A stretch of DNA of 33,516 nucleotides from a virus. The DNA lies in UHGV virus genome UHGV-1464328. One strand, written 5' to 3'. The notes below the pieces were generated by a model that was given only the letters and a program-made list of their open reading frames with translations, was not told the DNA's origin and searched no databases. Below are positions 25,268 to 31,562 of the stretch, piece by piece. A program made the translations under genes and the position numbers. How positions within the stretch are numbered: position 1 is the first letter of the stretch; each line of letters opens with the position of its first letter.

Positions 25268-25441
25268 TTAAATGATAGTTACTTGTTTTTTGATACCATG
25301 CTTGATACACCAGCGACGAAAGGTTCTTGCCGATACACCAAGTTTTTCTCTTGTCCAATTGTCTTGCTCCTTAACAGGCATGTTGAAGAAGATATTTGCA
25401 AAGTATTTAAGTCCGTCAGTTCCGGTCATTTGAGTTTTCAT
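25268..25441 (-). CDS. Small HTH DNA-binding protein, 57 aa (LGVSARTFRRWCIKHGI helix-turn-helix). Candidate transcription regulator.
   Basis: Hand translation MKTQMTGTDGLKYFANIFFNMPVKEQDNWTREKLGVSARTFRRWCIKHGIKKQVTII. RBS GGAGATAATAATG. The antisense track ORF 25283..25465 was rejected. Confidence 0.5.
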   Translation of the reverse strand: MKTQMTGTDGLKYFANIFFNMPVKEQDNWTREKLGVSARTFRRWCIKHGIKKQVTII

Positions 25442-25471
25442 TATTATCTCCAGTCAATTTTTTGACATAAG

Positions 25472-25500
25472 CTTTAAAAAAGAACCTCTCCGAAGAGAGG
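25472..25500 (-). terminator. Minus-strand rho-independent terminator cctctc-UUCG-gagagg followed by UUCUUUUUU.
   Basis: Reverse complement of aaaaaagaacctctccgaagagagg. It lies upstream of the HTH gene, so it terminates transcripts coming from the control region. Confidence 0.6.
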
Positions 25501-25569
25501 GGTTATACAACACATAGTGTTAATAGAGTAATTATATCAAAGATATCTTAAAGCAAATAACCTTTAATA

Positions 25570-25715
25570 TAAAATCTATATTTCATTATTTTAAAAATGA
25601 AACGTTTATTTTAGCGGTTTTGGCGTTTTATTTCATTTTCGGATACAGGTACCATTTATTTCGGCAAATGTTTCAGTCGTTTTCCTAAATGAAATGTTTT
25701 ATTTCATTTTCATCA
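25570..25715. repeat. Cluster of TTTCATT / AATGAAA repeats, including inverted pairs and TTTTATTTCATTTTC x2.
   Basis: tttcattattttaaaaatgaaa; ttttatttcattttc (25629 and 25697); aaatgaaatgttttatttcattttc. Confidence 0.65.
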
Positions 25716-25733
25716 GCAGTACTGATTACAGAT

Positions 25734-25743
25734 ATATTTATTA
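25734..25743 (-). promoter_or_regulatory. Late-like motif on the minus strand (GTAATAAATATATC), with no ORF downstream.
   Basis: Plus-strand atatttatta. Points leftward into the repeat region and the 25472 terminator. Confidence 0.4.
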
Positions 25744-25799
25744 CACTGATTTTTCGTCTTATCGTTAGAAATTGATTTGTTCATTAATTAATCACTCTG

Positions 25800-25815
25800 C
25801 CCGGCCGAAGCCGGG
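25800..25815. other. GC hairpin cccggc-CGAA-gccggg (UUCG loop on the minus strand) in the non-coding region.
   Basis: Seen directly. Confidence 0.5.
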
Positions 25816-25973
25816 TCTTATGAGCTTAACAACAGGAGAACTACCGACGAACGGTGAACACAACCACTAAGGATTACCATAAAGGGCTCTCCGCCAAAAG
25901 AACCCTTGAGTTAATACCTATGGAATCTCAATCTTTAACAACGCTAAGGACCACCACAATCCTTGATACAATT

Positions 25974-25983
25974 ATATTTATTA
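25974..25983 (-). promoter_or_regulatory. Second minus-strand late-like motif (CCGTAATAAATATAAT) in the non-coding region.
   Basis: Plus-strand atatttatta. The extended match resembles the 31505 copy. Confidence 0.4.
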
Positions 25984-26065
25984 CGGTGTTTAGCACCCAT
26001 TTTAGATGCACTCAATCAAAACGAATAAGTGTCACGAGGTTAAGATGCAACTTCTGTCATTAGTT

Positions 26066-26235
26066 TTGACATCAGAAATTGCATTATATTTTGTGCAAGT
26101 TGTTGAGTTTTAAACACATTTCATAACTATGGGATTCAGATTATACAAATTTGACATCTCAAATACCATAGAAATTGCATAGTGCAATTTGTCCAGGAAA
26201 ATGCAATTTCTGAACTGAAAAATGCAATTTGTCCA
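26066..26235. repeat. Iteron/operator array. Five copies of AAATTGCAT / ATGCAATTT in both orientations, including the palindrome AAATTGCAtagTGCAATTT. TGCAATTTGTCCA occurs twice. TTTGACATC occurs twice.
   Basis: 26076-84, 26172-80, 26182-90, 26201-09, 26222-30. TTGACA at 26066 and 26151. Confidence 0.7.
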
Positions 26236-26398
26236 TCAAAAACAGCTACTAAGTTATTGAGATTAAAACAATTGTTGTCCCTTTAAATATAGTCTAACCT
26301 TTGTTTTCAAGTAGACTTTCAACAATGAACCACAGAAAAGTGGTCCATTATTCCAAGTAACTTTCAATACAAACTTCTAACGAAGTTCCACCAAAAAG

Positions 26399-26514
26399 AT
26401 TGTGAAACTCCGCCCGAAGGGCGGATAGACTAATAGTTTTATAAACCAATGGTGAAAAGCCAGTACAGAAACAAAGACTATCGTCGAGGCTAAAGCCTCT
26501 CCGAGTTTCACAAT
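26399..26514. other. About 116-nt element closed by a 12-bp perfect long-range inverted repeat (ATTGTGAAACTC ... GAGTTTCACAAT). It encloses two hairpins (ccgccc-gaag-ggcgg and gaggct-aa-agcctc). Candidate structured RNA or cruciform DNA site.
   Basis: Seen directly. Confidence 0.5.
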
Positions 26515-26555
26515 TGTTCTTTAACTATCTTTGTTTGAAGTACTACCAGAATTAT

Positions 26556-26627
26556 CCAGATTAAATCTGGTACCAGACTAGTTCCAGTCTTTATATTTCC
26601 ATTCCAAACCAGTTAAATCAATCTGGA
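26556..26627. repeat. CCAG-box repeats. CCAGATTAAATCTGG (7-bp arm palindrome) and CCAGTTAAATCAATCTGG about 53 bp apart. Nine CCAG in about 120 bp.
   Basis: Seen directly, about 300 bp upstream of the HNH-terminase operon. Confidence 0.6.
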
Positions 26628-26738
26628 TGCATTCCAGAACATCTAGTACAACAACCAGTTTCTATCTTGTTTCTCCACGAGCAAGCTCGTTCCGAAACGA
26701 CGCTTCGCGTCTACTTGTTATTTGCTATAAAAACTTGT

Positions 26739-26747
26739 TGGTATAAT
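26739..26747 (+). promoter_or_regulatory. Extended -10 promoter TGGTATAAT (no good -35), directed toward the HNH/terminase genes.
   Basis: Perfect TATAAT with a TGn extension. Confidence 0.4.
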
Positions 26748-26866
26748 GGTTTTAGTCCTTCCAATTAATACTAATCAGACTGGTAATAGATAGACCAGAT
26801 AGATTAGCCAACCAGATTGTGCTTTAGCACTACTTCTAGTTAAAGCAATTCCGTTCATTTCCAACG

Positions 26867-26876
26867 TAATAAATAC
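26867..26876 (+). promoter_or_regulatory. Late-promoter-like motif TAATAAATAC, 30 nt upstream of the HNH ATG at 26907.
   Basis: Family consensus. Confidence 0.5.
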
Positions 26877-26906
26877 CTGTATCAAATCAACTAACAAACA
26901 ACAGGT

Positions 26907-27413
26907 ATGAAAATGTCTAAATCTTATAACTCTATTCCATATTCTCTGGTAGAAAAGCTCTTCGTAATTGACTCATCTTCCAAAACTGGTATTGCTTGGA
27001 AAAAGAATTCCCGTCCTGCTGGTACAGTTCTTCCAAGTGGTTATTGCCAGGTTCGTGTTCCTTCTTCTGATAAGAACTTATTCGTTCATACACATCGTAT
27101 TGTATGGATGCTCGCAAATAAAAAAGACATTCCAGATAAGTCTTATCACGTTGACCATCTTGATTTTGACCGTACAAATAACCGTCCTGAAAATCTTCGT
27201 CTGATTAAACGTTATTGGAATATCACTCGTCGTCAAGATAAAAAATCTGATGGTCTTCCTTCTAATATCTACAAGAAAGCTGATGGTAATTTCTTTGCTC
27301 AGTTTAGTTTTGAGGGCAAAGGATATCGACACGATGATGAGTCAGTCCAGAAATGCCAAGAATGGTTAGATAAAAAACGTGCTGAAGTTATCGGCATAAT
27401 GGAAGAATTCTAA
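26907..27413 (+). CDS. HNH endonuclease, 168 aa. Terminase-associated (cos-cleavage helper) type, judged by its position.
   Basis: HVDHLDFDRTNNRPENLRLI is the HNH motif. Sits directly upstream of the large terminase. Confidence 0.85.
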   Translation: MKMSKSYNSIPYSLVEKLFVIDSSSKTGIAWKKNSRPAGTVLPSGYCQVRVPSSDKNLFVHTHRIVWMLANKKDIPDKSYHVDHLDFDRTNNRPENLRLIKRYWNITRRQDKKSDGLPSNIYKKADGNFFAQFSFEGKGYRHDDESVQKCQEWLDKKRAEVIGIMEEF

Positions 27414-27550
27414 TGACAACAATAATTATTGGAGCCATCGCATTCGGTGGCTTGTTTATTGCTGATTACGTCAAATTTAAACTACTTGATAAACGCCTCA
27501 AAATCGTTGAGGCGAAGCTTGGACTAAATGAACAGACAAAAACTTCTTAA
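27413..27550 (+). CDS. Small TM ORF, 45 aa (MTTIIIGAIAFGGLFIADYV...). It overlaps the HNH stop (TAATG) and the terminase start. Coding status uncertain.
   Basis: Hand-translated. Not in the ORF track (<60 aa). Confidence 0.25.
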   Translation: MTTIIIGAIAFGGLFIADYVKFKLLDKRLKIVEAKLGLNEQTKTS

Positions 27551-29438
27551 GATAATTAAAAAATCCAGACAGTTTATTCTACCGCCTCCTGATTACACTC
27601 CTTCTGAATGGGTTGAACATAATCTTATATTCCCTGATGGTCCATACGCAGGGCAACCAATGAAATTGTTTGAATTTCAGAAAGGGATGATAGATGTAGT
27701 TAAAGAACGTAAACGAAAAATTGTATTCGAGACTTCTGCCCAAATCGGCAAGACAACCATCCTGAACGGGATTTTGTTCTACAAATCTGCTAATGACCCA
27801 GGAAACGCAGGGGTACTTCAATCAACTGGTAAAGAAACAGGCCAATGGTTAGCAGGCAAGATACGCCCAATGATTGATGCATCACCAGAGATGCAGAAAA
27901 TCGTAACTGATAAGAATGACCGTAACGCAGTCAATAACGGTTCTCAGATTCAGTTAAGGACTGGTGGGTTCTGGTACTTCATGAGTTTGAACTCTCCTAG
28001 CCATCTTCGCGGTAAGACACTTCCTCTTATTCTTATGGATGAAGTGGACGCAGTTGAAACTGATACTGACGAAGGGAACCCGATCGTTATAGCTGAAAAC
28101 CGCGCAACAACGTTCGGTGAAGACGCTCGTATCTTTATTAGTTCTACGCCTACTTCTAAGCATGGAGCTATCCATACACAGTACGAAGCATCTGATAAGC
28201 GTAAGTATCACGTCCCATGTCCTAGTTGTGGTCATTATCATGAACTCATCTGGGAAAACGTTAAGTTTTCTTGGGTAAAAATTGACGGTAAGTCTGTTCC
28301 TGATACAGACAGCGTATATCTGGAATGTCCAGAATGTGGTCATCATATCTCTGATGGTGAACGAGCTAGAGCAGTTAAGAACGGGCAATGGGTGATTACT
28401 CAGCCTGACTCACGAATTGCTGGGTTCCATATCTCACGGCTATACAGCCCGATGAGTTCTTTACGCTCTGTGATGGAGGACTATAAGCAAGCGTGGCAAT
28501 CGTTCAGTTTATCAACTTTCTATAACACTGTTCTTGGCTTGCCGTTTGACGATCTAAACGAAGACGTAGAGCTATACAAGTTAGAGAAATTAAAAACCGA
28601 CGTTGGAGTGAACAACATCCCAGATGATGTGTTGTTCCTCACGGCAGGAGTTGACCAACAGCAAGACCGCTTAGAAGTTACGTTGCTCGGACACTCAGAA
28701 AAAGCTCTGTACATCATCTGTCACCGTAGCTTCATGACCATGAACGCTGAAGTTATTGAGAGCCCGGCATATAGAGATTTACTGGCATTCTTAAAGGCAC
28801 CGTTTAGAACGGTCTCTGGCCGTAGAGTAACTATGGCTTGGGCTAACGTTGACTCCGGTAATGGACGTGCAACTAAAACAATCTACAGGTTCTGTTCTCA
28901 GTGGAAGCATCTACACGCTATTAAAGGTTCAAGTTCTGTTGACGCACCTTATGTACCAACCAAAGAGTCGAAATCAGGTGGTTATCGTCTGTTTATGATT
29001 GGTGTCAACAAAGGCAAAGACCTTATCAGGGAATTGATAGTTCGTAATACGTCAACAACATTACAGACGCCTGTACATCTCGAAATATCCGATCAGGAAG
29101 TACCTGATGATTATCTTGAGCAATTAATGTCTGAAGAACTTAAACGTTCAGGTAATACAGTTCGTTGGACAGTTAAACCGGGCGGTGTACGAAATGAAGC
29201 ATTGGACTGTATTAACTATGGCTATTGTGCTCGTCTGCAAGTTATTGAACAAATCAAATGGCATGAGTGGCGGAAGATAGTTGCCAAACAGACAATCGAC
29301 GATACACCAGATGCATCAGAAACGATTGAGCCTGAACAGTTAATAGAAACCATACCTGAACAAAAAGAAACGCCTAGAAAGGCTATAGTTAAACGTAGAG
29401 TAGTAAAACCGTCTCGTCCAAGAGGTTTCGGTCTGTAA
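27528..29438 (+). CDS. Terminase large subunit, 636 aa.
   Basis: Walker A-like FETSAQIGKTT and Walker B LPLILMDEVD. Size. Flanked by the HNH and portal genes. Cys pairs CPSCGH / CPECGH. Confidence 0.9.
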   Translation: MNRQKLLKIIKKSRQFILPPPDYTPSEWVEHNLIFPDGPYAGQPMKLFEFQKGMIDVVKERKRKIVFETSAQIGKTTILNGILFYKSANDPGNAGVLQSTGKETGQWLAGKIRPMIDASPEMQKIVTDKNDRNAVNNGSQIQLRTGGFWYFMSLNSPSHLRGKTLPLILMDEVDAVETDTDEGNPIVIAENRATTFGEDARIFISSTPTSKHGAIHTQYEASDKRKYHVPCPSCGHYHELIWENVKFSWVKIDGKSVPDTDSVYLECPECGHHISDGERARAVKNGQWVITQPDSRIAGFHISRLYSPMSSLRSVMEDYKQAWQSFSLSTFYNTVLGLPFDDLNEDVELYKLEKLKTDVGVNNIPDDVLFLTAGVDQQQDRLEVTLLGHSEKALYIICHRSFMTMNAEVIESPAYRDLLAFLKAPFRTVSGRRVTMAWANVDSGNGRATKTIYRFCSQWKHLHAIKGSSSVDAPYVPTKESKSGGYRLFMIGVNKGKDLIRELIVRNTSTTLQTPVHLEISDQEVPDDYLEQLMSEELKRSGNTVRWTVKPGGVRNEALDCINYGYCARLQVIEQIKWHEWRKIVAKQTIDDTPDASETIEPEQLIETIPEQKETPRKAIVKRRVVKPSRPRGFGL

Positions 29439-29446
29439 TAAATACA
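29436..29446 (+). promoter_or_regulatory. Late-promoter-like motif TAATAAATACA, 25 nt upstream of the ATG at 29472. It overlaps the terminase stop codon.
   Basis: Family consensus. Confidence 0.5.
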
Positions 29447-29471
29447 AAAAGAAACCGGATGAGGAATTTTT

Positions 29472-29954
29472 ATGATTAAAGAAATTTTCATCGGTGAATT
29501 ACTCGAATTAACTAATCCTGCTAACGCTTCTGTTCAGATAGGTTCTAAAGAACTTGTTCTGTTCGAACAAAAACAATGCCCGAAGAATATCCGGGTAGAA
29601 ACTACTGATTTCACAGAAGGTACATTCTCTGTTGTTGTACTTAATGACGGTCAGTTAATTTCTAATGAGTTAATTAAAGTTAAATCACCGTTTATTGGGA
29701 AGACTAAAAAAGAACAACTGCGAGAAATGATTAATGACCTTGATAAAGTCATTCAGTATCGCCTGACTAATAATGAAGAAGCAATTCAACAGATGAGTAT
29801 TAACGGAAAATCTTTCGTATATGAAACTCTTGAAGCTTTGATGAACACCCGTAAGAAATTAGTAGCTAATCTGGCGAATATCATTAAGTCAGAAGACCTC
29901 GCTAAAGGGAAGTCTCCTATTTTAACAATCAAGGCAAGGTTTAGAAACGCATGA
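29472..29954 (+). CDS. Hypothetical protein, 160 aa, between the terminase and the portal.
   Basis: RBS GAGGAA. Stop overlaps the portal start (ATGA). Confidence 0.65.
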   Translation: MIKEIFIGELLELTNPANASVQIGSKELVLFEQKQCPKNIRVETTDFTEGTFSVVVLNDGQLISNELIKVKSPFIGKTKKEQLREMINDLDKVIQYRLTNNEEAIQQMSINGKSFVYETLEALMNTRKKLVANLANIIKSEDLAKGKSPILTIKARFRNA

Positions 29955-31501
29955 AATTATTCTCCAGAAAGAAAACTACTGTTAAGAAAGTAAGAAAATC
30001 ACCTAAATTGGTCATTGATAATTCAAAATCGTTTGAAAAAGGTCTTGATACTCGCCAACTTGGTCCACGTATTGACCGTTTAAGTGGTGATTTTGAAGAA
30101 AACCTAATTCGTACAGCAACTATTAACAACGAAATTCGTTCTTCAGGAGATAATCTGAGGGCGATGTCTCGCACGCTGTCAATTAATACTCCTTATGGTA
30201 AACGAGCTGTACAGTATCAGGTTGATAACGTAATTGGTGAAGGTATTAATCCGCAACCACGTATCATTGATCGTGATGGACGTCCTAAAAAAGACTTGAA
30301 CAGTCTTATTGCTGATAGTTTTGAGTACTGGGCTAGTTCTCCTAAACGATTCAGTAGAAACAAACGATTGAACTGGCGCCGTTTCCAGGAGCTAGTTGAA
30401 CGAGCTCGTGTAGTAGATGGTGAAGTGTTTATTCGCATTCACGAAGAAGTTGACTCACTTCGTATTGAACTAATTGAAGCTGCTCGCTGTAAATTCGGTG
30501 ATAGAGAAAAAACTGAAGACGGTTATATTCTCGATGGTATCGAATATGACGAAGATGATGCTCCGATTAGATATTGGTTTACTGATATCGATAAAATGAC
30601 TCAGACTGAAAAAGGTGGTTCATATTCAGTACCTGCTGAAGATATTATCCATTACTACAGAGAGTTATTCCCAGACCAACGACGCGGTATTCCTGAAGCT
30701 GTTGCAATCATCGCAACAATGAACCAATACGATGCGTTCAGTCACGCGACTTTAGTACAGAAACGTGCTGCTGCTAGTTCTATGGGTTTTATTACTCAGG
30801 ATAAAGATGGACAAGAAGATATCGACCTTGGACTTGAAGAAAAAGAGCATGATGGTGAACAACCTGATGTTATTCAAGACTTTGAGTCTGGTACTATCCA
30901 TAAACTTCCTGCTGGTCACGATATTAAACAGTTCAGCGCAACTCAAGGTGGTGATGATTTCATTAGCTTTACCGATCGATTAGAGGACCAACTTGCTATG
31001 GGTTATGGCTTCTATAAGCAAGGATGGAAAGGCGATACAGCTAATATCAACTACTCTGCTGCACGATTTGGCGATCAAGCTCAACGTAAGATGTTTAAGA
31101 CTGTTCAACAGAATTTAAAAGAACAAGTCTTTGAAGTTATCTACGAACGTTGGTTAGCGTGGGCAATTCTCAATGAGACTATCCAAGTTAAGATGACGAA
31201 TATTCCAAGCATTCTTCGTCAGACTATCTGGACATATCCAAAATGGGAAAGCATTGACCCGCTTAAAGATACTCAGAAAGACCAGCTTGATGTTGATAAT
31301 GGTTTTAAATCTGCGTCTGACGTAATTATTAGTCGTGGTGAAGACCCTGAATTGGTATTTGCTCAGATTGAACAAGAGCGTTCTCGTTATGTTCCTAAAC
31401 ACGCAAATCAAATCGATATCGCTAAAGCTCCTGCTGAGGTTACTGCTGGTGCTCAAGTAGAAGTAGCTGAGATTAATTCTGATTCAAGCACTGACGAGTA
31501 A
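29951..31501 (+). CDS. Portal protein, 516 aa.
   Basis: Size and position between TerL and the prohead protease/capsid gene. Basic N-terminus, acidic C-terminal tail. Lambda-B-like features are tentative. Confidence 0.75.
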   Translation: MKLFSRKKTTVKKVRKSPKLVIDNSKSFEKGLDTRQLGPRIDRLSGDFEENLIRTATINNEIRSSGDNLRAMSRTLSINTPYGKRAVQYQVDNVIGEGINPQPRIIDRDGRPKKDLNSLIADSFEYWASSPKRFSRNKRLNWRRFQELVERARVVDGEVFIRIHEEVDSLRIELIEAARCKFGDREKTEDGYILDGIEYDEDDAPIRYWFTDIDKMTQTEKGGSYSVPAEDIIHYYRELFPDQRRGIPEAVAIIATMNQYDAFSHATLVQKRAAASSMGFITQDKDGQEDIDLGLEEKEHDGEQPDVIQDFESGTIHKLPAGHDIKQFSATQGGDDFISFTDRLEDQLAMGYGFYKQGWKGDTANINYSAARFGDQAQRKMFKTVQQNLKEQVFEVIYERWLAWAILNETIQVKMTNIPSILRQTIWTYPKWESIDPLKDTQKDQLDVDNGFKSASDVIISRGEDPELVFAQIEQERSRYVPKHANQIDIAKAPAEVTAGAQVEVAEINSDSSTDE

Positions 31502-31504
31502 GCG

Positions 31505-31515
31505 TAATAAATATA
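31505..31515 (+). promoter_or_regulatory. Late-like motif TAATAAATATA upstream of the capsid ORF. It is followed by a hairpin before the ATG.
   Basis: Family consensus. Unusual order of motif, then hairpin, then gene. Confidence 0.4.
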
Positions 31516-31523
31516 AACATACC

Positions 31524-31549
31524 GAGCAACTTCGGTTGCTCTTTTCATT
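31524..31549 (+). terminator. Hairpin gagcaac-UUCG-gttgctc plus ttttc. It is either the portal gene terminator or a 5' leader hairpin of the capsid transcript.
   Basis: Seen directly. Confidence 0.6.
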
Positions 31550-31562
31550 CAAAGGACCAACT

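Noticed and set aside
25283-26063. Plus-strand track ORFs 25283..25465 (60 aa) and 25854..26063 (69 aa, GTG start).
   Set aside because: The first is antisense to a better-supported minus-strand HTH gene with a strong RBS. The second has no RBS or ATG and lies in a repeat-rich control region. Treated as non-coding.
25442-26906. tRNA, other structural RNA genes, or a CRISPR array in the 1.4-kb non-coding region.
   Set aside because: No T-loop/acceptor signatures (GGTTCGAATCC-like) and no regularly spaced direct repeats of CRISPR type. The repeats present are short iterons and palindromes.
26932-27332. ORFs 26932..27177(-), 26968..27204(+), 27078..27332(-) inside the HNH gene. Also 27579..27821(-), 27954..28388(-), 28520..28717(-), 29222..29491(-) in the terminase. 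Also 30217..30438(-), 30752..30983 and 31154..31456(-) in the portal.
   Set aside because: Overlap strongly supported genes in other frames or strands.
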